Source: Nageia nagi | Lineage: Eukaryota > Plantae > Pinophyta | Assembly (NCBI GenBank): GCA_050084985.1 | Contig: JBITNC010000002.1 | Coordinates: 22,816,001 to 22,880,000 of the forward strand | Length of the DNA: 64,000 nucleotides | Direction: 5' to 3' | Shown here: positions 55,101-64,000 of the stretch, piece after piece | Layout: every line of letters starts with the position of its first letter | Position numbering within the stretch: the first letter of the stretch is position 1 | Position numbers and translations under genes: made by a program | Notes under the pieces: model-generated | What the model saw: the letters and a program-made list of their open reading frames with translations, nothing else | Told to the model about the DNA's origin: nothing | Database searches by the model: none

Positions 55101-58100
55101 TTTGCCCATTCGTTTGTGGGTGATAATCTACACTAATTCAACTTAGTCCTATAGATCTTTGTTAGCTCCTTTCAAAAATTATTGATGAATATGAAATCTT
55201 TATCATGGAGCCTAAATATCTTATCCAAAACAACTTTTGCCATCTTATTTGTTGTAAAAAGGTGTTGTAATGCACAAAAATGCACAAACTTTGACTAATC
55301 TACTATCACCAAAATTGTTTTCTTTCCTTTAGAATTGGGAAGTCCTTTGATGAAGTCCATGGATATTGTTTCTCCCTTGTTGCATTGGCATGTTTCATAT
55401 TCTTTGACAAATTTCTTGATGTATTCCTTCAATCATTGCCAATAGAAGGATTGCTTTGCCTTATGATAAAACAACCCATAAATGACTTGATGATGGAGAC
55501 TCGTGAAGCTCTTGTAAAATATAATTTCTGATTTGACAACCTTGGGCCATGAATACACTATTATCATATCTCAACACCTCCTCTTGACATGTGTACTTTA
55601 TCTTCAATTCTTCTTTTCCAATATCCATATAAATCAAGTTATTTCCAAATTCTTCCTCCATTCCTACCTTATTTGGTGAATTGAAAGAGGAGTAAGACAA
55701 CATATGACCAACACCACAACTCTTTCTTCAATTTTCTGCAAAGTGCATCCATTACAATATTTTCTATGCATTTCTTATATTCCACCTCAAAATCATAGCC
55801 AAGCATTTTTGTTATCCATTTATATTGTTTTGGACAAGATAAGCTTTGCTCCAAGAAATATTTGAGACTACTATGGTCAATCCTGATTTTGTGGTGTCTC
55901 CCCATTAAGTATGTTTTCCATCTGTCAATGGCATGAAGAATAGCCAACATTTCCTTTTCATATATTTAATTTCCCCAATAGTTGCTTGCTTCCAAAGGCC
56001 AACAGATGCCCTTCTTGCATCAATACATTGTCTTTTTCAACTCTTCAAATGCTTGAGTTTCTTTTTTTGCCCAAATGGATGTGTCCTTCTTTGTAAGAGT
56101 TGCTAAGTGTGTTGTTTTTCCATAGTTCATAATTTTTTTGTAGCAACTAATAAGTCCTAAAAATTCTCTGACTTTTAAGAGTTTCAAAAAGGTGTCAAAC
56201 TTACTCAGCTTTAATATTTCTTTGATCCAGTTTTATCCTTCAACTCAAACCATACATCCCAAATACTCAACATCCGATGCTCCAATTGATCATTTAGATA
56301 TTTTCAAAAATCCTTGTTACTTATTCAAGATCCAAAAAACTTGTTCTCCTTAGTCAAGCTTAAGAGACGGTGTCATAGAATAAGTTTGATTTGTATTTAT
56401 TGGTAATGTGTTTAGTAACACATTAGTATTTATTAATACTATGACCAAAAGGTTAATTATGATTGGTTGTATATGTGTATACATGGATCATTGTTTAAGT
56501 AATTAGCCAACAGTTATAAATAAAACATATTGTTGTGTAATCCAATAATTATCGTTAAATCACATGGATTGATAGGAGTTCATGTGCCTATTTAAAGGCC
56601 ACTCCTGGCCATCATTTGTAAAGAGTTGTAACAAGCTTCCAAGCATCCCTGTTTGATTATCAACGTTCTATCATGTTATGTTCGATTATTATGATTGTGA
56701 TATCCTTTTAGGGCTTAATCACCCACCCATATTCTTACATCCACTATTCTTTCATATTTCGCTTCATTTATTGCTTTGTGTGAAATTCCCCTGGTGTTCT
56801 ATTTTGCAACCACATTGCATAATTCTTCAAAAAAGAAGTAAGAAAGAACAATATTAAATAAATGTAACAAGATCAAAAACATAATAAGATACACGATGAA
56901 ATATAATAATAGCACATTGTATTGGGGTAAAAGGAACACAAGCTTCTGAAATATACATAATGCTAAAAGACTCTGCATATAAAAGGGATGCCAATGAAAA
57001 AAAGACCAATGTTGTAGACCAAAGAAGAAGCTAGGCATTGACATGTGTATATAGAAAATATTAGGGCTGAAGAAAAGACAGCATTGCCACCTGCCACTCA
57101 AAAGGATCAATACAAGGTCTGATGAAATCCATGAAGCTAGTAAAGTGCTTACCCAAAACCTCTCCTAACATCCAAGCCTGACATACCTCTACATGTATAG
57201 AAAAGCATGTGAAACATGCTTGTATCATCCATGCCATGGGCAAGGAGATTTACAAGCCCAGTGACAACAAATCAAATAAAACAATGCAATTTAGAATGAC
57301 AATGAAGGGGATAGAGTACCCTAATTGCAATATCAATAATTAACCAATTTGTATGCACTAATGTGAACGAGCAATATGCAAGGAGCACTTAACACCTCCA
57401 ACATATAAAATGACTTGACAGGAGGAGGCGCAAAGTCTAGTAACCCTAAGGGTCTGTTGTAAAACTCTTTATATGAAATTAAAATCCTCCCAATCACAAG
57501 CCAGAATCTTGATATATGCAACAGTACATTCAACAAATCTCATAGTACGCATGACATCCGAAGATGAATTACTCCCCATTCTCCACCTCTGGAGAGAGCA
57601 AAGATGGAAAACGAAATTAACATATGAAATACAATGATCTTTTCCATATTATATTGTCATTGAAACTGAATAAATAACTTGAGTCGTGTGATGAAAACAT
57701 GCAGAATCTGCAAGAAATACTGCATAGAAATTCATTTTCGAGATAAGGGGATACAAGGAATAAGTCCAAGCGAACTGAAGGTACTGTTGACATATATCCT
57801 TTATAACTGCTCTGTTTTTCACCTCTCAGTGGAATATCAGAGGGACCATCTAAGGAGCAAAATAGAGATATGCAAACTAAATTTGACAATTGGTTTTTAG
57901 AATAAGAACATGTTTACACGAACAGTATAATCTTATTAAGGGATAAGCACCAGTATTGATTAATTCAACTTGAAATCACTCAAAAACTGTACTGATTTAA
58001 TCCACAACACAATGATAATTAACAGGTGCCTGGCAAGCTGGCATGACAGAATCTATAATGTTCAGTATCCTGAATTTATATGAAAAATAGCCTGGCACTA

Positions 58101-59793
58101 CAATGACAAATATTTAATTGAAATCCAAAGTAAGCGAAAATTTCTTCTGCGAGCTATTAAAAAATAAATTTCATTTTCCAGGTGTTTCTCATATCAACAA
58201 AAATTAAAATATTAATTACCATCTTGACATTCCATCAACAAGTCTAAGTTTACCGAAATATTTTTCACCTGCTTTTGCAACACCCAATTAAAGAGAAATA
58301 GTCCTTTACTTAACCCAATCATAGTTATCTGCACAAGATAGTGTTAAGCATTTACAGCAAGCTACCTAAAGATGCCATGTATACATATCGAATTGTAGTG
58401 GGTGCTGAATTTTACAAGTCACTGCATAGGGGTATGTGTAATGGACAAGGTTGAATTCTGTCCTTGGTGAGGACCTAAGCTATTACCTTGGTGTTATTTA
58501 GGAAAATTAGAATATTTAAAACTTAGATTAATCGCTGAAGGTTGTGCTAGAACATAATTTTGATGTACAAGCATTTTCCAAAATCAATTTACAATGCATT
58601 GTACAATGTTTTGGTAGTACTTTGAACTGAAAGACATGCTTTCAATTGTAGCCAGTCAATCAGGAATATTGAAAATTTATATTTTCAAATATCAAATAGT
58701 GAGTTAGAGAATCTTCACTTGACTCCAACTGCATTTTAGCTTGTGTAACACTTAAGCTGAGAAGACCAGCACTAGCATGCATGTCATCACATTTATGTAC
58801 TTTGCAACAAAGCCACAAAATATCCCGTTCGAATGCAGGAGAGAAGCGCAGAATTAAAACACCAAAAATCATAATCATTCAACAACGACAATGCTGAGAT
58901 ATCATTCTTGTTACCCATCACTGATAAAAAATTGAAAAATCTCCCTACTGAGAATAAAGATAGGAAAAAAAGCGTTCATGATAGGGATGAGCTTGGTAAA
59001 ATGGGTAATTTCCATAATTAAGGCCAGAGTTGAAACAATAGCACCCACCACCCTATTTGTGATTTACTTGTAATACATTACCCATGAGGAGTTGGGTAAT
59101 CCAATGGAATTGAAGTACCCTCAGAAATACAAAGAGAGATCTACCAAAAAAATTTAAAAACACTAAGCAAAACGAGTTAATGAAGTACATGTTTCTGTTT
59201 TTGATAGAGCAAGCATATTAAGAGGCATATTCAACACATTGGAGGAATGTAAAAACTATTTATTTGATGCAACAACGTCAAGTTGAACATCTAAATGCAT
59301 TTTTTGAAAAGTATATGTGCATAAAGATTCACAAAAGATTTGCTGATGAGCAGCATATTTTTTAAAAACATGTAATAGAAGAACTACCTAAATTTGAAAG
59401 CTGTAACAGTTTGCCCCTGTAGCTTAAACTGGTCTCATGAGAATGAATAAAATATTTAGCCAGTACTTTAGAGTAGACTAGCAAAAATAGTTAACAAAGT
59501 ACATGTTTCTGTTTTTGATAAAGTAAGTATATTGAGAGAACTATTCTAACACATTGAAGGAATGTAAAAACTATTTATTTGATGCAACAATGTCACGTTT
59601 AACAGCTAAATGCATTTATTGAAAATTATATGTGCATGAAGATTCACAAAAAATATTTTTTAAATGTAATAGAAGAACTACCTAAATTTGAAAGCCTAAC
59701 TGTTCGCCCTTGTAGCTTAAACTGGTCTCTTGAGAATGAATTTAGCCAATACTTTAGAGTTGATTCCAAGGCCCTTGCCAGGATTGACTCCAT
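15786..59793 (-). CDS. 20-exon gene for a Chorein-N (VPS13-like N-terminus) bridge-like lipid-transfer protein, At3g20720 / BLTP3 (SHIP164/UHRF1BP1L)-like, ~1,285 aa
   Basis: Spliced translation begins MESILARALESTLKYWL..FSRDQFKLQG and continues GYGFADK-IADGMTLEV, ASITIRNLLLYTTNENWQ, KLEWDSLSVDLLPHPDMF, FFGGERFLD, RLGGGMNYNEALLHRFGILGPDGGPG. I recognise these as this conserved plant family. GT-AG borders with consistent phases; caveats at exons 2 and 16. Confidence 0.88.
16215..16371 (-). CDS. Exon 19
   Basis: VEVEATKEELGYLVLLSKSEIESLSRITAGIL...QLTNF; AG/GT; 157 nt. Confidence 0.9.
16500..16787 (-). CDS. Exon 18
   Basis: VSLEGLQVLKPQ...KWIVESVKGAFKEP; AG/GT; 288 nt. Confidence 0.9.
16896..17191 (-). 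CDS. Exon 17
   Basis: ...DIEIDIRLQDWLFALEGAE...REQKCWH...HPIEVIS; AG/GT; 296 nt. Confidence 0.9.
17303..18729 (-). CDS. Exon 16 (large; apparent +1 frameshift at 17383-17388)
   Basis: IILQEESCLRITSFLADGIMVNAGDVLPD...GPDGGPGKAL; removing one A restores KNGLNNLSRGPLAKLL and the phase-1 junction to exon 17. Confidence 0.9.
18851..19011 (-). CDS. Exon 15
   Basis: (A)NEKLWPRINPL...PAPAPPAFALQTVVQCQPIK; AG/GT; 161 nt. Confidence 0.9.
19536..23938 (+). mobile_element. Full-length non-autonomous LTR element (LARD-like; gypsy Tat/Ogre-like ends) in intron 14
   Basis: LTRs 19536-20272 and 23176-23938 (TGTA...TACA), perfect 5-bp TSD CCTTC, PBS 20276-20290, PPT GAAAGAGGGGTAAA at 23162-23175. No recognisable pol in the 2.9-kb interior. 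Confidence 0.93.
20276..20290 (+). promoter_or_regulatory. Primer-binding site complementary to tRNA-Trp
   Basis: TGGTGAACCTGACAT versus TGGTGAACCCGACGT (complement of the plant cytosolic tRNA-Trp 3' end, from memory); both mismatches are CpG transitions. Confidence 0.75.
23986..28336 (-). mobile_element. Decayed short-LTR Ty1/copia element D (Ale-like) in intron 14
   Basis: 3' LTR about 23986-24160, PPT ATGGGGAGTA, RT remnant YRQLIGGLIYL..KPDICY, LWHCRYGHIN...CSSC, gag fragments, degenerate PBS at 28286-28297 abutting a truncated 5' LTR (28298-28336). Confidence 0.88.
28337..29277. mobile_element. Probable non-autonomous DNA-transposon remnant (hAT-like subterminal repeats)
   Basis: Both ends are enriched in GGGAA/TTCCC/TTCCTAG motifs around an AT-rich core, ending GTGGAACCTTG. 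It truncates the 5' LTR of D. No TIR pair or TSD found. Confidence 0.4.
30419..30504 (-). CDS. Exon 14
   Basis: DTFSHPLCTLVQPSKEHGSSDSQSVPSF; AG/GT; 86 nt. Confidence 0.88.
30886..31345 (+). repeat. Possible solo LTR
   Basis: Begins TGTTG, has CTATAAATA at about 31048 and ends GGGTGCTTATA; no clean TSD. Confidence 0.35.
35108..35175 (-). CDS. Exon 13
   Basis: VSVSGGELTKIMTHIMVGGFSL; AG/GT; 68 nt. Confidence 0.88.
35268..35311 (-). CDS. Exon 12
   Basis: (E)FQLELLIQSLHFSR; AG/GT; 44 nt. Confidence 0.9.
35525..35600 (-). CDS. Exon 11
   Basis: KSGETASRSVVAVVLDHIFLCIKDS; AG/GT; 76 nt. Confidence 0.9.
35814..35893 (-). CDS. Exon 10
   Basis: (G)LRALLRFMTGFYVCLNRGDVGPITIQ; AG/GT; 80 nt. Confidence 0.92.
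36282..36375 (-). CDS. Exon 9
   Basis: ITIQRTEHNNPLGLEVQLHVPEALCPALSEP; AG/GT; 94 nt. Confidence 0.92.
36527..36688 (-). CDS. Exon 8
   Basis: KLEWDSLSVDLLPHPDMF...FFGGERFLDNISGQAY; AG/GT; 162 nt. Confidence 0.93.
36861..36923 (-). CDS. Exon 7
   Basis: VVNLKEARDFFSNEKCIYVFK; AG/GT; 63 nt. Confidence 0.92.
37040..37106 (-). CDS. Exon 6
   Basis: TPPMASITIRNLLLYTTNENWQ; AG/GT; 67 nt. Confidence 0.92.
39675..39763 (-). CDS. Exon 5
   Basis: IADGMTLEVQTVNIMLETCGGAGCRGGAT(W); AG/GT; 89 nt. Confidence 0.9.
40731..41400. repeat. Tandem array, ~128-bp unit, ~5.4 diverged copies, in intron 4
   Basis: TATTCAGAACA recurs at 40733, 40861, 40989, 41115 and 41245; partial sixth copy at about 41339-41400. 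Confidence 0.92.
42134..42188 (-). CDS. Exon 4
   Basis: SQSSSGIMKSSGYGFADK; AG/GT; 55 nt. Confidence 0.9.
42350..42459 (-). CDS. Exon 3
   Basis: IPSLSNVQIEPVVVQIDILDLVLAEK...; AG/GT borders; 110 nt. Confidence 0.9.
43055..45316 (-). mobile_element. Large solo LTR (~2.26 kb) in intron 2
   Basis: TGTT...AACA termini flanked by TTCG on both sides; minus-strand U5 motif TATTCACCCCCCCTCT near the end; internal 45-bp tandem repeat at about 43253-43355. Confidence 0.75.
45333..45926. repeat. Near-identical ~307-bp tandem duplication
   Basis: 45333-45639 versus 45640-45926; duplicated ORF-track translations (45276-45545 and 45593-45853). Confidence 0.93.
46250..46965 (-). mobile_element. Ty3/gypsy chromovirus remnant, 3' part (integrase GPY/F motif + chromodomain)
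   Basis: Minus strand KLAPKFYGPYKVLRKVGEVAYQLEL (about 46790-46860) and VREVLIKLKDLLEEDMTWE (about 46340-46400). Confidence 0.85.
46966..49209 (+). mobile_element. 5'-truncated non-LTR retrotransposon (LINE, RTE-like RT), degenerate
   Basis: IHPIHK...YRTTMIGHTFAKLY...QYGFRRGFQTINHI...FVKFRKAFDT RT motifs; CATCACCAA-like tail; candidate TSD CTTCCT (46960-46965 and 49210-49215). Confidence 0.88.
49947..50962. repeat. Nested solo LTR
   Basis: TGTGA...TCACA inverted termini with perfect 5-bp TSD TCTTG (49942-49946 and 50963-50967). Confidence 0.85.
50165..50485 (-). repeat. Truncated LTR of the copia B family
   Basis: Reverse complement of B LTR at about 6260-6579 (same spurious MIT.REPSIYR.K.LFGSPFYPM translation). 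Confidence 0.85.
51311..54532 (-). mobile_element. Full-length non-autonomous LTR element E (iMet PBS, copia-like ends)
   Basis: LTRs 54248-54532 and 51311-51597, perfect TSD TTTTC, degenerate PBS at 54236-54247, PPT AGGGGGG at 51598-51604. No recognisable gag/pol in 2.65 kb. Confidence 0.9.
54860..56340 (-). mobile_element. Ty3/gypsy pol remnant (RT end, RNase H, integrase), probably the upstream part of the chromovirus at 46250-46965
   Basis: EMLAILHAIDRWKTYLMGRH.KIRIDHSSLKYFLEQ...KWITKMLGYDFEVEYK (RNase H) and ISMDFIKGLPNSKG (integrase); RNase H before integrase is the gypsy order. Confidence 0.88.
56371..56814 (+). repeat. Probable LTR with preceding PPT-like tract
   Basis: CTTAAGAGACGG|TGTCA...ACCACA; CTATTTAAAG TATA-like box at about 56588; no TSD. 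Confidence 0.4.
58719..58799 (-). CDS. Exon 2 (degenerate in this sequence)
   Basis: Reads ...DMHASAGLLSLSVTQAKMQLE, matching the expected DINGDALHAS.GLPPAL.VT.AK.GKLEI with several 1-nt deletions; end phase does not fit exon 3. Confidence 0.65.
59163..59763. repeat. ~300-bp tandem duplication spanning the 3' part of exon 1 and the start of intron 1
   Basis: 59163-59477 aligns with 59478-59763 along its length, with substitutions and small indels. Confidence 0.92.
59682..59793 (-). CDS. Exon 1 (coding part)
   Basis: ATG at 59793; MESILARALESTLKYWLNSFSRDQFKLQGRTVRLSNL; donor G|GTAGTT; 112 nt, phase 1. Confidence 0.92.
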
Positions 59794-60137
59794 TTTTAGC
59801 TTCTTCTATGCACTTCAGCCAACTGCCAGAATAACAAAATCAAAAATCACTAATGCTATTCATGATGCAAGAACCATAATAATATGGCAAACCAATTTGA
59901 ATAAATATATGCCAACACTGTTACACGTATAGAATACCATCAGCTTTGTGATCAATTCTTGGATGTATGGACCTCCAAGAAAATGAGACAGGAATTTTAC
60001 TAGGCCAAGAAGATCAAACTAATGGGAAACACTAAAACCAGATACCCAACTAAGCAGGATATATTACAGCACCAAGTTATACCCCTGAATTGCCTTGATC
60101 AAGGATTTTCAAACAAATCCAATTGGGATTGATAATT

Positions 60138-60392
60138 TCTAAATATAACAGAATAACACAGAGATCTTATTATAAAACCTAACACTTGTAAAAATCAAAA
60201 TCTTCTCCAAATAAATATTATTCTTATAATCCAAGCAAAAGCACAGGCATAGCATTCTGAGCTACTGCCAGTGGAGATCAACCTCAGAGTCTAAATATAA
60301 CAGATCAATCAGAAAGAACATAGATATCTTATTACAGAACCTACCACTTCTAAAAACAAAATCATCTCCAAATGAATATTGTTCTTGTAATC
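60138..60392. repeat. ~95-bp diverged direct duplication upstream of the ATG
   Basis: TCTAAATATAACAGA...TCTCCAAAT.AATATT.TTCTT.TAATC at about 60138-60231 and 60290-60392. Confidence 0.75.
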
Positions 60393-61129
60393 TTTTGGAA
60401 CAAGTGGAACAAAACAAATTGCATCACAATTTTGGATCACACTTCTTCATCCTTCCTCTATGAACATATCCTGTAGATCCTACAGCCCAAGTTCGCCTAA
60501 AGAGCATAAAACACTGTGGAAATTTTCAAATAGCACACGATACCCGTATGTCGGACAAATCCTATAAGCAGAGGGCCATCCACCAATCATCAAACTAAAC
60601 CCGGTCACGGTGAGATCACAAAGACCCCTATGACAGAAGAAACGACACATTCAAGGCTAGATACGGGCACTAAAACAAACCCATTCAGGCCTATTTAATG
60701 TAAAATACAAACTAAAGCAAATATCAGACTGGAATCACTAAATCAAATTCCATCAGTATCACTTTTCCACCCAATTCCACACCTAAGAAGCTCCGTAAGT
60801 TCAATACCATCAAGTTAACCATCAAAGTAAACCAGCAGGAAGTAAATTCCCATTTTTTCAACGAAATGAATTTGAATCGCGCTGCCTAGTTGAGATTCCG
60901 ATGCATTTACTCCACTAAAAATATATGTTGTAGGAAAACCCTACTCAAAACTCGAAAAAAAACAACTCCTCTTTAAATCGATCCTTGATCTGAACTAAAA
61001 AACACACGTAAAATCCCCTAAAACGAGCTAGGATACTACAAATCCCGATCCCCAGAGCCCTCTCTAACCCAGTTTCTTACTTACACGCCTACAATCAAGC
61101 TTCATAGTAAATCGAAATAAATGCATTAT

Positions 61130-61445
61130 AGGGCATACCAATTCGTGCTAGATCTGCAAAGTGCGAAGGACAGGCGGTGCTGAAACGCTAAAATGCATAA
61201 CAATTCCCGATCTAGCAGTGAGTTGAAATTTCAGGACAGCAATGTAATCCACCTGCGAGAGAGTGGGATGAAGCAGAGGCTCAAAAGGGCATCTGAAAAC
61301 TGGAATTGATCAGAGGGTGGCGGCTTGAATAGTTTTACAAGAAGGTTTTTGCGCCAAACCCTTTCTCTGGACGGCCATCGATTCTTTTAAAGAAGACGTA
61401 CCACTTTTTCCTCCACCAATATTATTTGATGCCATGACGTGGGAT
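61130..61445 (-). promoter_or_regulatory. Likely promoter and non-coding first exon of the Chorein-N gene
   Basis: CpG-retaining patch, TGACGTGG (bZIP/G-box-like) at 61435-61442, donor-like CAG|GTGGAT (about 61252) and TTG|GTATGC (about 61138), and an acceptor TGGCAG| at 59823-59824, 29 nt before the ATG. Confidence 0.45.
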
Positions 61446-61479
61446 CATACATTCCTGCCGTTGGGATTTGCACCTTACA

Positions 61480-64000
61480 CTCAAGCTTAGAATCAAGTGG
61501 GTATTTCTTTCCTTGAAGCCATCAAATCAAAAGGGATATCTCTTTTGTCGAAATCAAAAGGATATCTCTTTTATTAAATTTATTGAGGATTTGCATTTAA
61601 CTTCGAAGTTTAGCATATAATCGTATAAAGTATCTTTTTCTTAAACTTATCTATAATTTATATTACAAAGGTATATTTTTCATCAAAGCTATGAAGGATT
61701 TGTATTTCACTTTGAAGTTTCAAGTAAAGTTGATGTATCTCTTTTGTCAAAGTTATTTGGTACTTGCATAAGTCTTCAACTAAGAAATTATGGGTAGAGT
61801 ATCTTTTTCATCGAAGTCATCTAGAACTTGAATTACAAAATATTTTTTTCATTGAGCAATTGCACATGAAGGTGAAGCTTAGAACCAACTGGGAAATATC
61901 TCTTTCGTTGAAGTTTGTCCTACCACTACATCTAACAATTGAGCACATTGCTTTAATCTTAGTTGTTGATCTTACTGCCACATAAACCAGTTGAGCATGA
62001 TACTTTATCCTATAAAAGAAACCCTCCCTTAGGTCATTTTCATCACATCAAGCTTTATTTGAGCTATCATTTGAGTCATTCATGAGCTTTGGAGTTCTTC
62101 TTATGCTTCTTTTATAGTGTTCAGTTCGTGGGATCTCGTCAGTAAGGTAGAATTTGTCCTTATGAGGTTATGCATTCTTGATCTCTCCTTAATCGGTCTT
62201 GTTGACTTGTACTCCCCTAAAAATGCCCACGCTCTACTACATAGTGTTGTGCTCTATGTTATCTCTACCTGAATCATTATTTCACTATCATTATACTATC
62301 CCTTTTCATTCAATCTCATCACTAGGGCCAGGTCCATTATCTAGTGCATCATACCTCCTCATCCCAGTCCTAGTTGCTTCACCGGAGCCAACATCAACAT
62401 CCATTATCATTATCAAGTATATCGAATGCTCATCATTATTATCTTATCCATGTTTATTAATATTTTTATAATCAAATCCCTTGAATAAGCTTAGGGACTT
62501 GACTGGCTATTGAGGAAGGTTTGCTTCTTAAATAACTTAGGCAACTCCCTAAATCATGTAGGTGCATTTAAAGTGTTCCTTGTTTCCCTTTTTACAAGTT
62601 ACATTTCTAAGTAGGTTGAATCCTAGTTGCAAAAGATAATTAAGGATCCATGTTAAGAAAGTAATCATACAAGTGATACTTAGAAACTTAATCCCATGGT
62701 TTTGATTTGAAGTAAGAAGATATGGCTATATCTTTCACGTTATAAAGTAATGCATTCATTTCTCTTACATGTTTTACGATCACAATGGAACTAATTTAGT
62801 TCTTTTTTTATTGCTCTTTTATTTTTGTTACTAGGTTTGCCATTGAGTTAGTTCTAGATTTGCTTAGATGGGATTGTAGTATTGCATTCATATAGTTACA
62901 TGTTCATCCCTCCTATCTTCTTCTTTCAATGCACCCCACCTATGAATGCGTTAAGTGGGGAAACACGTTATTTCAAATGAGTATAAATAAGGGAAGACAT
63001 AGTTTCAATTAGGTAACTCCTCAAATTATTTACTTTGATATGATGAAATGAGGGTGTAGGTCCCAATATCTAAGCCCTTTGAATTGATCACTTGACGGAT
63101 TTAGATCCCACATGCCTAGAGCATATCAAAGACTCATTGATCTTTTTGAGCCTAAACTATATATAGGAATCCATCAATCGCTAGTTTATTTATCACTTGG
63201 GTCGATTAGCCTCAATTGGATCCTTATCCTCCTTTGGATCACAAGTGATTGTGTGTTGTTACAAGGATGCTCCACATATAATAGTTGATTAGTACAACCA
63301 TTGTAAGCTATGTAAATAGAGATGTTGATGAAAAATCGATAAACCCAACCTATAGATAACCAACCTACCTTATTAGACACTTTATTATACCCACTTTAGG
63401 AAAACCACCATATAAAACTATATCAAAGAGTATACATGATTGTTCTATCATCGTTGTTACAAGTTATTGCTTACTATACCATGCAAAATTACTTTTTATG
63501 ATAATTACTAGGTTTTAGTAGCTTGTAAATTTTAAATGGTAGCACTTAGTTTCTTTAGAAGCAAGATAGATGGTCCCATTCCAAATCCATTCCAAATTTT
63601 TCCACATACAATTTTCCCTCATGTTTAAGGAGGAATTAATGGTAAAAACTAGATGTTAGAGAGAACGAGAAGAGGCCTCATAATCTAGTTCATTCATTTC
63701 AATCCCTAAGAGGTTTATTCTTACATCAGTCATTCCAACTACTAACCCTTATGGAATTATCTTTGTAAAGGATGCAGACTCCTATATCCCCCATGAAAAG
63801 GATTTTGATGAGGTCATGGATGCAAATAATGCATATTTACACCATTATCTTCAATCTCAAGGCATCTCAATTTCTAGAGTTGCATCAACTTCCCCTCCAA
63901 CTATCTCAAATACAACTGCTTGGACTCTATTCATAAAACAAATCAAACCCTATCTATCCCTAACCATGAGTATTATTGATATACTTGTTAGAATCCATGT
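61480..64000 (+). mobile_element. Degenerate LTR-retroelement sequence (possibly Tat/Ogre-like LTR + leader); runs off the right edge
   Basis: Recurrent (GA)TATCTCTTTT.TCGAA motif at 61530-61910, TATAAAAG at about 62011, decayed MVKTR-like start at about 63639. No catalytic motifs. Confidence 0.35.

Overview
Nuclear DNA from an AT-rich, transposon-dense land-plant genome. A large-genome non-flowering vascular plant is my inference from intron size and TE content; it is not proven. One host gene is supported: a 20-exon minus-strand gene (CDS about 15786-59793, about 1,285 aa once repaired) encoding a plant Chorein-N-domain bridge-like lipid-transfer protein (At3g20720 / BLTP3-SHIP164-like). 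I traced 19 of its 20 exons with GT-AG borders and matching phases. Exon 2 is degenerate and exon 16 has a 1-nt homopolymer frameshift; both look like long-read consensus error but could be real decay. The rest is nested retroelements. Two related Ty1/copia elements sit head-to-head inside the 5' LTR of a gag+protease-only (TR-GAG-like) element at 1-15052. The introns hold a tRNA-Trp-primed non-autonomous LTR element, a decayed short-LTR copia, a chromovirus-type gypsy split by a LINE, stacked solo LTRs, a non-autonomous iMet-primed element and tandem repeats. I found no convincing new multi-gene system. The best leads are (i) a tandem duplicate of exon 1 that forms a 90-nt in-frame cassette-exon candidate and (ii) a conserved, hairpin-rich ~445-nt non-coding module plus a splice acceptor 3 nt before gag ATG in both copia leaders. 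All calls are by eye; no database searches were run.
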